This document shows positions 1-10,238 of a stretch of DNA of 64,000 bases, piece by piece. A program made the position numbers and the translations under genes. Each line of letters starts with the position of its first letter. The first letter of the stretch is position 1. Under the pieces are notes generated by a model. The model was not told where the DNA came from. It searched no databases and saw nothing but the letters and a program-made list of their open reading frames with translations. Location: assembly GCA_964632485.1 (NCBI GenBank), contig CAZWDO010000009.1, forward strand, positions 12,850 to 76,849, in the 5' to 3' direction. The stretch is from an uncultured bacterium. GTDB taxonomy: Bacteria > JAGOEH01.

Positions 1-777
1 CAATCCCCAATCGGTGCGGAGAAAATAGCTGGAATCCATTCCGGTATAGCTGAATCCCCATTCACCATCTTTTAAACGCCAGTCGCTGGGCGGATACGGC
101 GCATTCCCTTCCTCATAAACAATGAACCGATCGATTCGGACGCGTTCCAGCGCGCCCTGGGGAGTCAATGGATAAATTGCATTAGCAAAGCTGATATTCA
201 TGGTATCGATATTGGATTTCACCCAATCCTCGGCAGAATAGGAACCCAGCATATTCGGCCAGGATTGATAATAATCGTAGGCCTGACGGGTGAGAAAAAT
301 CCATAGCCCCAGGGCATCGATCCGGTCATGTACCCGATTATTTCCTTCGCAGCTTTCGCTGATCTGATTGGCAGAATCCACGATAAATTCGATTTCATGG
401 CCCCACCCCTGCCAGGCCCACTGGATAGAAGTGGAATCCATTTCACCAACCCCTAAAGAATCCATATCCCCGCTTTCGACATTCATGCCATCGATGATCC
501 AATGAAAACCATAAGCAGGGGAAGCCTGCCCTCCTTTATTGATGACGGTCGCGGTGAAAGTTACGATTTCGCCGGAATCGGGCCAATGTTTGTCATCTTC
601 AGTACCCGGCATCAGGGTCGGAATTCCCGACGGATATATTACGTGATAATTGTAATAAAGCGGATTTCGGCTGATATGAGTTACATTTAAATCGGGCAAC
701 TCTGTTGCTGAAGTTCCTTCCGGGCACCAGAAGTAAAAACTGGAGAAAAGAATCAATAGTAAACTATACGTTTTCAT
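1..777 (-). CDS. Secreted CARDB-domain protein, 3' end truncated by the window edge (absent from the supplied ORF track)
   Basis: Read by hand: AAGGAGG RBS then ATG at 777, 259 codons open to position 1. Signal-peptide-like MKTYSLLLILFSSFYFWCPEGTSA, then PDLNVTHI...GEIVTFTATVINKG...FHWIIDG...HEIEFIVDSANQISESCEGNN, the CARDB Ig-like pattern. Confidence 0.8.
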   Translation of the reverse strand, partial: MKTYSLLLILFSSFYFWCPEGTSATELPDLNVTHISRNPLYYNYHVIYPSGIPTLMPGTEDDKHWPDSGEIVTFTATVINKGGQASPAYGFHWIIDGMNVESGDMDSLGVGEMDSTSIQWAWQGWGHEIEFIVDSANQISESCEGNNRVHDRIDALGLWIFLTRQAYDYYQSWPNMLGSYSAEDWVKSNIDTMNISFANAIYPLTPQGALERVRIDRFIVYEEGNAPYPPSDWRLKDGEWGFSYTGMDSSYFLRTDWGL

Positions 778-969
778 GATTCCTCCTTTTTTGGGTCATA
801 AAGAAAAAATTGGAAAACTCCAAATTTTAAATTAAATTGGATTTCTCCTCTAAATGGATTACAGCTCCGATACCCGGGTATATCCGGGGCTGACGGGACT
901 CAGGCTTTAAAACCTTTCGTTACCAACCGGGATGGGGTTGTAAATGGGGAAAAAAAATGAATTTAAAAT

Positions 970-1881
970 TTATGGAGCTGGGCTAAGGGTTACAGTTTTA
1001 TCTTTCTGCCGATATTGGCAGCCCAATACCAGGGCGATACTTTCCAAGAGTGTCTGCTGATTTTCCATATTGAAAAGTCCGCTGATCTGTTCACGATAGA
1101 GATTGCTATCAGTGACTTTGATGGCCAGTGAGAACTGGCGTTCGATTTCCTGCAACACGTTTATCAGGGGTGTTTGGAAAAAGAAGAGGCGTTTTTCCTG
1201 CCAGGCTGCTTGCTGAAGTCCAGTAATGGCTTCACTGAATAGTTGAAATTGTTCAGGGCCGGCCTTTAGCAATTCTCCTGGATTAACTTTAATGATGGTA
1301 TCCTGTTGTATTCCGTCGTCGTGGACAGGCAATTGGACGGTAACAAGGCCGCTGATGACACTGAGCTCATAGAACTGCTGCCGGTATTTGATGTTGAAAC
1401 GGGTTCCAACCACTCTCGTTATGATTTCGCCGGTTTCGATGATGAAGGGTTGGTCAGCGTGTTGAATATCGAAAAAGGCTTCGCCTTCCAGATGGACACG
1501 CCGATGTTTTTGGTTAAAGCCGAATTGTATCTGTAACCGGCTTTCGGCGTTCAAGTTTACCAAGCTGTTATCGGGTAAGGTAATATCTTGATGTTGCGCT
1601 TGAGCTGTTTCATAAATTTGTGGCCGGCTCATCATGAAAAAATAACCGGTCACTAAGCTGCTAACGAGAAGAAAAATCGCGGCAATGGACCATGGAAAGA
1701 ATATTTTTCTGCTTTTTGCCGGTATCTCATTGAGCCTTTTTTCCAGTTTCTGCCATTCAAGTGTGAGTTCAGGGGGTTGGGGGATAGAGATTTGACCTGC
1801 CTGCTCCCACAGTTCATTGAAAAGGGGGGAAGAGGGGTCGTCGCGCAGTGGCGCGGGGAGGGGTTCTTTATGTTTAAACAT
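970..1881 (-). CDS. fecR: FecR-family anti-sigma factor / transmembrane sensor
   Basis: Single TM (FFPWSIAAIFLLVSSLVTGYFF), FecR motifs ITLPDNSLVNLNAESRL, VHLEGEAFFDI, TRVVGTRFNI, C-terminal LFFFQTPLINVLQEIERQF. GAGGAG RBS favours ATG 1881 over the track's GTG 1899. Confidence 0.92.
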   Translation of the reverse strand: MFKHKEPLPAPLRDDPSSPLFNELWEQAGQISIPQPPELTLEWQKLEKRLNEIPAKSRKIFFPWSIAAIFLLVSSLVTGYFFMMSRPQIYETAQAQHQDITLPDNSLVNLNAESRLQIQFGFNQKHRRVHLEGEAFFDIQHADQPFIIETGEIITRVVGTRFNIKYRQQFYELSVISGLVTVQLPVHDDGIQQDTIIKVNPGELLKAGPEQFQLFSEAITGLQQAAWQEKRLFFFQTPLINVLQEIERQFSLAIKVTDSNLYREQISGLFNMENQQTLLESIALVLGCQYRQKDKTVTLSPAP

Positions 1882-1895
1882 GGATTGCTCCTCTT

Positions 1896-2429
1896 TCACC
1901 GTTTGATTTTTTGCCGAATCACTTTTAGCGCGTGAACCAACTGGTTTTCCACGGTCTTTTTAGTAATCTTCAGTTCATCGGCAATTGATTGGTTATCCCA
2001 CCCCTCCAGTCGGCTGAGGGTAAAAACCAGACGGCATTTTTCGGGTAAAAACTGATGGATGATCGAGATAATTTGTTCCTGCAAGAGGTGGTAGGATGTT
2101 TCCTCTTCAGGGCTCAGCGGCGCCTGAGATTGAATCGCGGCTTCGGCATGATGGCTGACGATTTTTTGGTGGCGCAGCAAATCCCAGATTAAATGGCTTG
2201 CAATCGTGGCCAGATAGGCATAGAACGAGGTCCCTGATCGTAATTTTCCGCGTTGTTGCCAGACCTTCAGAAAAAGGATTTGCATCAAATCGCGGGCGTT
2301 TTCTGTATTTCTGATCTTGCTATATACAAAACGCCACAGCGGGGGATAATAGGTTTCGAACAATTGGCGGAACGCTTCTTTGTCGTCAGATTTCACTCGA
2401 TTGATCAGTTCGTCAATATCGTTTCTCAT
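1896..2429 (-). CDS. ECF RNA polymerase sigma-70 factor
   Basis: Region 2 (DDKEAFRQLFETYYPPLWRFVY...ARDLMQILFLKVW) and region 4 (LPEKCRLVFTLSRLEG...IADELKITKKTVENQLVHAL); adjacent to fecR. Start uncertain (2429 or 2456); the track's extension to 2609 looks non-coding. Confidence 0.92.
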   Translation of the reverse strand: MRNDIDELINRVKSDDKEAFRQLFETYYPPLWRFVYSKIRNTENARDLMQILFLKVWQQRGKLRSGTSFYAYLATIASHLIWDLLRHQKIVSHHAEAAIQSQAPLSPEEETSYHLLQEQIISIIHQFLPEKCRLVFTLSRLEGWDNQSIADELKITKKTVENQLVHALKVIRQKIKR

Positions 2430-2657
2430 AGAATGTAATATAATACAATAGATCATATCCGCAAGTCTTTTATCGGCGAGGAAAAAAAACAGGGTATTAT
2501 TCTCCCTTTCAGATTGAGTGTCTAATTGGCGCCAGAACGCCGGAAAGAAATCCGGCATTATGGCGTCGGCCGTTGGGCTTCTTTTTGTGAGTTGTGGCAT
2601 GGCAAGCAATCCCCTGTTGGGTTTTGAATTTATCCGGGCACTATTTTTGGATAATCT

Positions 2658-3536
2658 TTAATGGGTGGGTAAAAGACAAGTATAATCCGAGAATGTGTAC
2701 CCGCTGATTAGCCCCACACAGTTTCCGTCAAGATTGCTATAGTCGAAGCTGATTACTTTCGCTTCAAATATTTCGTAGGAATCCTCGGTTAGATACACGG
2801 CCATATCTTTGGGGCAGGCGTAGAAACGAATCGTATAGGAGTGCAGTTTAAGGGGGAGCTGCTCGCGGTCGATTCTATCCTGAGCTTCCTTCAGGTTACG
2901 TTGGATGATCTCCTGCGTTATGGTATAATGGGTCAGTGTTTGCAGAGGAGTTTGACGGATAGTGTTGATGCCGTTGTCGGAATTTATTTCCCAATCAAAA
3001 ACAAAATCATCCATGCGGATAATGTGATCCTTTTCGATTCCCCAGACGGCTCCTGACAGGCAATAAGCCATGGCATCGGTAACCGGCGCCCAGGAGCATT
3101 CCAGCGAGCTGTCCGCCAACATTTCTACCACCGGGTTGATCTGCCCCGGAAAGCGGCAAAGGGCGACGGCTGAATAGCCATTCTCGTGTTGTATTTGTAC
3201 CCTGTATTCATGGAGCGCTCGAAAGGGAAATATAAAACGGATGCATCGTTCGATGGCGGTTTCAAAATATGGCACGGCTTCAATCTCAAACGGGATAATC
3301 TCTCCATCGATAGTGAATGTCAACTCCTCGAGTTCGCTGACTTCAATCAGTTCGTTAAAGTACATGGAATCATCTTTAACGTCGGCAATCCCGCCGATAA
3401 AGAGAGACTGGGTGGAACTGGTATCGGTGTTAAAGAAACCGGTTACAGCCCGTTTGTAGCTGATATCAGGATTGACCGGCATTTTTTCGCAGGCAAGCGC
3501 GCTTAACATTATGAGTATCATGACGATCTTGTTCAT
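2658..3536 (-). CDS. Putative outer-membrane lipoprotein partner of the TonB receptor (DUF4249-like)
   Basis: Lipobox-like MNKIVMILIMLSALA-C, AAGGAGG RBS, 11 bp downstream of the receptor; ending YSNLDGNCVGLISGY resembles DUF4249-type proteins (recognition only). Confidence 0.6.
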   Translation of the reverse strand: MNKIVMILIMLSALACEKMPVNPDISYKRAVTGFFNTDTSSTQSLFIGGIADVKDDSMYFNELIEVSELEELTFTIDGEIIPFEIEAVPYFETAIERCIRFIFPFRALHEYRVQIQHENGYSAVALCRFPGQINPVVEMLADSSLECSWAPVTDAMAYCLSGAVWGIEKDHIIRMDDFVFDWEINSDNGINTIRQTPLQTLTHYTITQEIIQRNLKEAQDRIDREQLPLKLHSYTIRFYACPKDMAVYLTEDSYEIFEAKVISFDYSNLDGNCVGLISGYTFSDYTCLLPTH

Positions 3537-3547
3537 AGTAATCCTCC

Positions 3548-6016
3548 TTAAAATTTATAGACAACGCCCAGGGACGGGATAATCGGCAGAGAACCGCCTT
3601 TTTGATTGCCACTGTCGTAGTAGATATAATTTTTAAAATTAAAAATATTCAGAATCTGGACGAAAAACTCCCAATGGTCCCATTCCCAATAGAGATTTAC
3701 ATCGATGCGCTTATTCGCTGGCAAGCGTCGTTTGTAGTTGGGATAGGCGATGACCATAGCTTCCGGCATGATTGCGATGTCATGTTTATAATATTTTCCT
3801 AATAGTTGATGTTGGAGCTGACCGGAAAAGTAAATGCCGGTCAATGTGAGGCGTCCGCTTTGTGAAAAATGCCAGCCGCCTGAGCATTTGAGAGAATGGC
3901 GTTGATCGAAATCCGGGAAATAAGTGTTTCCATCCTTATCGACCCGCACCACCCAGGCTAAGGTATAGACGCTCATTGCGAACCAGCGGTTCGATTCGTA
4001 TTTGGCGCTTACGTCGAAACCATAAGTTTCGCCCTTTTGGAATTGAAGCGCATTCTCATCGTCGTAGAGTTGATATTGGTTACGGACTGCCAATTTGGGG
4101 TAGCGTTTATAATAGGTTTCAAAGGAAGCCAGCAGGGCCTGGTGTTTATGTTCAATCCCTACGAGGAGTTGCCAGCATTGCTGGGAGGGGTGAGGGGATT
4201 CGATAGGGTCCCAGACATTAAAAATTCTTAGAATGGCGCCTTCGTCATTCAGGGCGGTAAAATTTTGCGAAAAGATTCCTCCACCGGCTTTTAAATTCCA
4301 TCGGGGGCCGATTTGCCAGCGGATGGCGCCTCTTGGCTCCCAGTTCAAGTTCTGATTATATGAGAAATAGTTAATACGCATTCCTCCCTCCAATAACAAA
4401 TTCTGCCATAATGTGTAATTGGTTTGGAAAAAGAACGAATAATCCTGGACTTCTTTAGTGTAATTTTTGATTTCATTTTCCTGGAGGTTGATATGGAAGT
4501 AGAGTTTGATGGTATGCGCTTCAATGCCGATTTTATTGAGCCATTTTTCGGTGAAATAGCTGGAACGCGAGGTTTTTATAAATGCATCGTCAATTAAATT
4601 GGCCAGGATCAAACGGGGATCACTCTTGAAATCGAAACTGAACCGGCTGAAATTGAGCGATGTTTCCCAAAACGTTGTGGCCGAGGCGATATATTTCCAA
4701 TTCAATCCTGCCGTGGCATTTCCCCAGTCTAAGTTAAAATCGTCTTCATCGCCGAAATTGCTTTCGTTTTTCAGAAAATCACGCCCCAAAAAACTATTGA
4801 AACGGAGTTCATGGTTGTCGCTCAGCCGGTAAGTGACTTTAGCGATACCGTCGAAAAAATAGTAGGGAATTTGACCGCTATCACTGAAAATGGCTAGTAG
4901 TTTATCGATATAGGTGCGCCGCAGGGAGAGCATGAAAGAGGCGCGGGAATTGAGCGGCCCTTCAACATGAAGGCGCGCGCTGATTAAACTCAGTTGGAAA
5001 TTGGCGTGCAATTGATCCATCTTGCCGTCGCGGCTAATCATATTGAGGACCGATGACATCCGGCCGCCATATTCAGATTCGAAGCTGCCGGATTTGAGTT
5101 CTACTACCCGCATGGCATTGGCATCAAATGTAGAAAACACGCTGCCCAGGTGATAGGGATTATGAATGGGAATTCCATCCAGCAGAATCAGATTTTCATC
5201 GGATTTTCCCCCCCGGACATGGAATTCAGAAGATAGATGGTTGGCGGTCTGCACTCCGGGCATGTATTGCAGGGCGCGCATTACATCAGTTTCCCCCAGT
5301 GATGGCAAAACTTTGATGATCTTGGGTGATAAATTAGTCCGGCCTATATTAACGGCTTCCTTGGAAACCGCTACATCGCCATAGACGACTATTTCTTCTT
5401 CCTGGATTGTTATTTCTTCGAGCCCGATCATCAGTTGCCGCTCTTTTTCATCCAGTTCCAGTGTCAGGATATAGGGCTGATAGCCAATAAAGGAAACAGA
5501 TAATCTATACGAGCCATAAGGAACGCCCACAATGCGAAAGAATCCGTCGGCATCGGATATCGCTCCCCAACGGGTGTTTTTCAGGATAATGTTGGCAAAG
5601 GGTAGAGCTTCCCGGGTTTTTAAATCGTAAATTTTGCCATGGATAGAACCCTTAGAATCCCGGGGAGGAGATATTGGAATGGGTGGGGCGTTTTTAGCGA
5701 TCAATATCCATTGCTGTTGGGAGATGATTTTCAATTCCAGGGGTAAAGGCTCTAACATCTCACGCAAGGCAGGGATCAGCAATTTGCTGCGGCATTGATA
5801 GCTTACATTTTGATCCGCGACTAACTTCTCGGAAAACAATAACGGAATGTTGTGGCGAGTGATTATTTCCTTCAGCACGGCAGAGAGAGGATGGTCCTTA
5901 TACTGCCAGTCGACTTTGACCGTATCCCACTTTGTTGCCGGGGGCTGAGCATAAATCATCCATGTCACACGGATGATGCATAAGATAAGTATGAGAATTG
6001 GCTTACTGGTGCGCAT
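3548..6016 (-). CDS. TonB-dependent receptor with N-terminal STN signalling domain and CarboxypepD_reg-like domain
   Basis: Signal peptide, STN-like YKDHPLSAVLKEI...LLFSEKLV, GSIHGKIYD...LPFANI, plug DVMRALQYMPGVQ...FHVRGGKSDENLILLDGIPI, C-terminal Phe (PSLGVVYKF). GGAGG RBS favours ATG 6016. Confidence 0.93.
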   Translation of the reverse strand: MRTSKPILILILCIIRVTWMIYAQPPATKWDTVKVDWQYKDHPLSAVLKEIITRHNIPLLFSEKLVADQNVSYQCRSKLLIPALREMLEPLPLELKIISQQQWILIAKNAPPIPISPPRDSKGSIHGKIYDLKTREALPFANIILKNTRWGAISDADGFFRIVGVPYGSYRLSVSFIGYQPYILTLELDEKERQLMIGLEEITIQEEEIVVYGDVAVSKEAVNIGRTNLSPKIIKVLPSLGETDVMRALQYMPGVQTANHLSSEFHVRGGKSDENLILLDGIPIHNPYHLGSVFSTFDANAMRVVELKSGSFESEYGGRMSSVLNMISRDGKMDQLHANFQLSLISARLHVEGPLNSRASFMLSLRRTYIDKLLAIFSDSGQIPYYFFDGIAKVTYRLSDNHELRFNSFLGRDFLKNESNFGDEDDFNLDWGNATAGLNWKYIASATTFWETSLNFSRFSFDFKSDPRLILANLIDDAFIKTSRSSYFTEKWLNKIGIEAHTIKLYFHINLQENEIKNYTKEVQDYSFFFQTNYTLWQNLLLEGGMRINYFSYNQNLNWEPRGAIRWQIGPRWNLKAGGGIFSQNFTALNDEGAILRIFNVWDPIESPHPSQQCWQLLVGIEHKHQALLASFETYYKRYPKLAVRNQYQLYDDENALQFQKGETYGFDVSAKYESNRWFAMSVYTLAWVVRVDKDGNTYFPDFDQRHSLKCSGGWHFSQSGRLTLTGIYFSGQLQHQLLGKYYKHDIAIMPEAMVIAYPNYKRRLPANKRIDVNLYWEWDHWEFFVQILNIFNFKNYIYYDSGNQKGGSLPIIPSLGVVYKF

Positions 6017-6087
6017 GTTGTCCTCCACGAGTTAAAGGTGTTGGTCATGACCTTTACTTCAATATACGCGTGAGGGAGAAAACACAC

Positions 6088-7320
6088 CTATGATTTTTTA
6101 TGAATCAGGGAAGTTAGAACGATATCATCTTCAATTTTAGAATTGGGATAAGATTTTCCGATGGTTTCATAAATTTGTTGGCAAGATACCAAAGGATTCT
6201 GAATCAGGATTTGCTGTATGATCTGGTTAATGTTTCCCACAGTGTTTTTAGTTTGAAAGTGGGTATAACTGTAAATCCCGTCGGAAAACAATAACAGCCG
6301 GTCTCCGGGATTAAATGGAATTGAATCTTCCATAAACTGATAATCGGGGTCGATGCCTAAAAGCAGGTTGTTGGCTTGGAGGGAATAGATTTGCAGGTTT
6401 TGATAAAGAAGCGGATACGGATTGCCTGCATTGGAAAAAGAGAGGAGATTTTTTTTCAGATCAATCAATGCGACTGTCACCGGGATAAGAAACCCTTCGA
6501 AAAGCATCCGCATAATATGTTGATTGAGAGCGGTGAGAATGGCTGCCGGAGTTTGGAACTGGCGAATGATGTAGATCATAAACGCTTTGATCATCATGGT
6601 ATATAAGGCTGCCGGAATTCCATGTCCGGTAACGTCGGCGATCACCACCAATAGCCGGTGTTCATCAAGGGGGATGAAATCGAAGAAATCGCCGCTGATG
6701 ACATTGAGTGGATAATAGAGATGTTCAGTGAGTAAATTGGGGAACGAAAAACTACGGGTTGGCAGGATTAAGCGTTGAACTGCCTCGCCTACTTTAAGTT
6801 CTTCCATGACATTTAATTGAAATTTTTGGATTTCAGCGTACTGCTGTGAGAGTTTTTGGTTGAGAAGGTTCAATTCGTAATTGGCGGCGCTAAGCTGTTG
6901 GTTTTGTTCTTGAGTTTGCCGGGACAGCAGGGCCCGTTCGAGGTGAACCTTAACGCGCGCCAATAATGTATTTGGATAAAAAGGTTTGGAGATATAGTCT
7001 GCACCGCCAACATCAAATCCGCGTACCACGTCCTCAGGTTGATTGCGGGCAGTAATGAAAATAATGGGTATTTGACGGGTGATATCCTCGCTTTTGAGGT
7101 GTTGGCAAACCGTATAACCGTCCATGTCCGGCATGTGGATATCCAGTAGTATCAGGTCAGGATGTTTGCTCATCGCCGCTTTAAGCGCCAATTTTCCGTT
7201 AGTTGCTGCGATGATGTTGTAGCCGTCTTGTTTGAGGATTGTTCCTAATAAATTGATATTCTGGGGCATATCATCAACGATTAGGATGCGGATATCCTTC
7301 ATTTTGTCGGGTGTTAGCAT
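6088..7320 (-). CDS. Response regulator with SpoIIE/PP2C (RsbU-like) phosphatase output
   Basis: REC motifs LIVDD, LILLDIHMPDMDG, SKPF; coiled-coil linker; PP2C motifs SGDFFD, IADVTGHG, LLFSDGI, EDD. Confidence 0.93.
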   Translation of the reverse strand: MLTPDKMKDIRILIVDDMPQNINLLGTILKQDGYNIIAATNGKLALKAAMSKHPDLILLDIHMPDMDGYTVCQHLKSEDITRQIPIIFITARNQPEDVVRGFDVGGADYISKPFYPNTLLARVKVHLERALLSRQTQEQNQQLSAANYELNLLNQKLSQQYAEIQKFQLNVMEELKVGEAVQRLILPTRSFSFPNLLTEHLYYPLNVISGDFFDFIPLDEHRLLVVIADVTGHGIPAALYTMMIKAFMIYIIRQFQTPAAILTALNQHIMRMLFEGFLIPVTVALIDLKKNLLSFSNAGNPYPLLYQNLQIYSLQANNLLLGIDPDYQFMEDSIPFNPGDRLLLFSDGIYSYTHFQTKNTVGNINQIIQQILIQNPLVSCQQIYETIGKSYPNSKIEDDIVLTSLIHKKS

Positions 7321-7323
7321 CTA

Positions 7324-9903
7324 TTACGTATTCTCCTTGATTATCGGCCGGATCAAATCAGGGAAAAGCTCAAACAGTTTTTGCATTTTATCGATTTGTA
7401 ATTGGTTGGAGGCGGTATAAAGTTCTTGCGCATAGTGGTGAATATTTTTTTCTTCATATCGATCGCATAGTTGCATCAACATCATTGAAAATGCTTCAAT
7501 TTCATCATTGAACAAAGTTTCCCGAATCGCTTCCCATTGTGGGTAGCATATTAGCAGGAGCTGATTGGAAAACTCCGGGGAATTAGTGGCGGAATTGGCG
7601 CTCAATGCGTTAAATTTCTCTTCTGGATTAATGGCCAGAACTCCCTCCGGCATAGATTCGTTTGTGAGGTGGATATCATTATTCTCATAAAAGGATATTT
7701 TTGCGGCTTTAGTAATGCGCACGGATGGAAGAAAAATACGGAATATGGATCCTTTGCGGAGTTCACTTTCTACTGAAATGGCGCCTCCCATCATTTCAGC
7801 CAGGCGTTTAGTAATGGTTAAACCAAGGCCGGTCCCCCCGAAGTGCTGGTGATTCTGGTTGCGGTGTTGTTGAAAGGGTTTGAAAATCAAATCGAGTTGA
7901 TCCGCTTCTATACCGATACCTGTATCATGAATCGCGATGTGAAGCTGGCAGGTCAATTCCTGCTGATTGATAGCATCAGGTTTGATTTCAATCGTTATCC
8001 CTCCGCTGATGGTGAATTTTATTGCATTGCCCACTAAATTAAATAGTATTTGCCGGATTCGTGTTTCATCCAGCGCCAGCCATTCCGGCAGATTGTGAGC
8101 GATTCGTTCTTTCAGATAGATTTTTTTCTCGTGAGCTTTCAGGCTGAATATCTGAATGATTTCAGTTACGACGACCTGTAGATTAACCGGTTCGATATTT
8201 AAAGGCAGCCGATCGGCTTCTATTTTGGAAAGATCTAAAATATCGGTGATAATCCGTAGCAGGCTGTTGCCGCTGAGCTGAATTCCCTTTAAGAACTGAA
8301 CTGCTTGCGGGTCATCAAGATATTGGTTTAAAATTTCACTATATCCAATAATGGCGTTAAGCGGTGTGCGAATTTCATGGCTAATGTTAGCCAGGAATTC
8401 GCTTTTGACTTTACTGGCGGTCTCAGCGATTTCCTTTGCTTCGAAGAGTTCCTGCTGTTGCTGCTGAATTGCTTCATTTTGAGCTAATAATTCTTTGTTA
8501 ATGCGCCATCTGGAATGATTTAACCGGAATAAAACGATCATAAAAATGATCAGACTGGAAAGGATCGCGGCTGAAAAGTAAAGGTAGAGTTTTTGTTTTT
8601 GCATAATTGCCGCATTCTCTTTCAGAATGAGATCGCGAATTTTTAATTCTTGTCTGGCTTTTTCCGTGTCCCACGCCATTTCCATCTGGATTATCTGTTG
8701 TCGATTCTCGAGATTGATCAGACTGTCTCTCATTATGATATATTGTTTGTACTGTTCGAAAGCTTCATGCAGTGATCCCTTTTTTTCTAAAATTTGGGAA
8801 CGGGTTAATAAGTTGTCACGAGTGATTTCCCTCCACTGATTGGCTGTAGATAGTTCCAGGCTCTGATCGATCATTGTCAAAGCTTGAGTGATATTGTTTT
8901 TTTTGAGTTGTAATTGACCATACCGACTTAATGTTTGGCATTTGAACATCGGCAGTTGATCCCGATCAGCAAGAATGAGAGAGTTTTGATAAAGATTTTC
9001 TGCTTTATCGAACCGGTTTTGAAGTTCAAACACTTCGGCCATCAAGTTGGAAACTTCAATGATACTGCCGATTTCATTGATACGAATGTTTATGGTTTTG
9101 GCTTTGTCAAAATAAAACAGCGAGGAGTCAAATATTCCGGCATCCTTGAATATTTCACCGGTAACGCCAAACGCATAGGCAATCGATTTAGATTGTTCAT
9201 TGTGATCGGCGTTTTTAATCGCCTCCCGGGCATATTTTAATGCCAATTGGGTGTTGCTTAATTTTTGATGAACCCGGGCAATATTAGCCAGAACCAGGGA
9301 GCTTGCGCCTTTTTTATTGTAATTTAGCGATTTGAAATAATAATTGAGGGCCTGATCATACCGTCCCCATTGGAAATAAATGACTCCCACATTGTTAGCT
9401 GTAATAGATATCCGATTTGAATCGTTCATTGCCTCGGATAGCTCCAGGCTTTTCCCGAACAGATCAATCGCATAAGCGAACTGATTGGCCCTCCAAAAAT
9501 TTAATCCGACCTGATTATAGGAACGAGAGAGTTGTATAGAATCGCCGCTCTCTTCCCATAAATCCAGCGCTCGTTGATGATAGATTATAGCGGTATCATT
9601 TTTTTGCTGATAATCATAGACATCGCCAATATAATCCAGCGCTTTGGCCTGCATGTTGCCAGAACGAAAGCTTTCAGCAATTTCCAGCGCTAATTGCGCG
9701 TATGCCAGCGCGGTCAGTGGCTCGAGTCTGTTATATCGTTCGCTTTTTGCCAGTAAACTGTCCATACGGATAGTATCATTGCGGATATCTGCAAGCGAAT
9801 CAAAACCAATTTGAGCAACTGTAATCTGAATGGCGAAGCTGAAAATAATCAGACTTATCAAGACCAGCATTAAAATTTTCAAGTATCGTGGCTTTTTTTT
9901 CAT
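7324..9903 (-). CDS. Membrane sensor histidine kinase with extracytoplasmic TPR repeats
   Basis: Signal/TM, TPR-like repeats, second TM, H-box [16 protein letters not shown]-box [23 protein letters not shown]; helical C-terminal tail, no receiver domain seen. Confidence 0.92.
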   Translation of the reverse strand: MKKKPRYLKILMLVLISLIIFSFAIQITVAQIGFDSLADIRNDTIRMDSLLAKSERYNRLEPLTALAYAQLALEIAESFRSGNMQAKALDYIGDVYDYQQKNDTAIIYHQRALDLWEESGDSIQLSRSYNQVGLNFWRANQFAYAIDLFGKSLELSEAMNDSNRISITANNVGVIYFQWGRYDQALNYYFKSLNYNKKGASSLVLANIARVHQKLSNTQLALKYAREAIKNADHNEQSKSIAYAFGVTGEIFKDAGIFDSSLFYFDKAKTINIRINEIGSIIEVSNLMAEVFELQNRFDKAENLYQNSLILADRDQLPMFKCQTLSRYGQLQLKKNNITQALTMIDQSLELSTANQWREITRDNLLTRSQILEKKGSLHEAFEQYKQYIIMRDSLINLENRQQIIQMEMAWDTEKARQELKIRDLILKENAAIMQKQKLYLYFSAAILSSLIIFMIVLFRLNHSRWRINKELLAQNEAIQQQQQELFEAKEIAETASKVKSEFLANISHEIRTPLNAIIGYSEILNQYLDDPQAVQFLKGIQLSGNSLLRIITDILDLSKIEADRLPLNIEPVNLQVVVTEIIQIFSLKAHEKKIYLKERIAHNLPEWLALDETRIRQILFNLVGNAIKFTISGGITIEIKPDAINQQELTCQLHIAIHDTGIGIEADQLDLIFKPFQQHRNQNHQHFGGTGLGLTITKRLAEMMGGAISVESELRKGSIFRIFLPSVRITKAAKISFYENNDIHLTNESMPEGVLAINPEEKFNALSANSATNSPEFSNQLLLICYPQWEAIRETLFNDEIEAFSMMLMQLCDRYEEKNIHHYAQELYTASNQLQIDKMQKLFELFPDLIRPIIKENT

Positions 9904-9909
9904 ATCCTC

Positions 9910-9937
9910 AATATAACTTATTTTTATTTCGAGTCAA
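9910..9937 (-). promoter_or_regulatory. Sigma70-type promoter for the histidine kinase, possibly leaderless
   Basis: Minus strand TTGACT-N16-TATATT, ending 6 nt before ATG 9903. Confidence 0.5.
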
Positions 9938-10117
9938 GTTATTTTATCAATAAGACCCAATATTCAGAAAATCGATAAGTTATTATAAAAAAATGATTAT
10001 TTTTAATGTCAACGTATTTGGATTCCTCTTGTTACTGAGTGATTTTATGTTTATCAGACGTCAGTAAAGATATTTAGGATTGTTTCCTAGAAAAATGCAG
10101 GATATGAAAATATAAAC

Positions 10118-10146
10118 TTGACATGTTGAAGTACAATGATTATATT
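10118..10146 (+). promoter_or_regulatory. Sigma70-type promoter upstream of leuS
   Basis: TTGACA-N17-TATATT. Confidence 0.7.
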
Positions 10147-10238
10147 AGGTTCAACTAACTGGAACTGAGAATAAATTTTCGTCAGTCCCTATATATTATC
10201 ATTATAATTGAAAATAGATTTGTTTCAAGGAGATCCGT

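Noticed and set aside
219-690. Track ORFs 219-449 (-) and 502-690 (+)
   Set aside because: They lie in other frames of the real CARDB gene (777 to the window start), which has an RBS, signal peptide and domain motif.
890-925. GAAA and CTGA motifs suggesting a hammerhead ribozyme
   Set aside because: No CTGATGA core in the required order and the would-be cleavage base is G.
6038-6056. Palindrome GGTCATGACC within an AAAGGT/ACCTTT stem upstream of the STN receptor
   Set aside because: Single short instance; cannot distinguish operator, weak terminator or chance.
9982-10012. Second minus-strand promoter TTGACA-N19-TATAAT upstream of the kinase
   Set aside because: The 19-nt spacer is atypical; possible, but not supported well enough to list.
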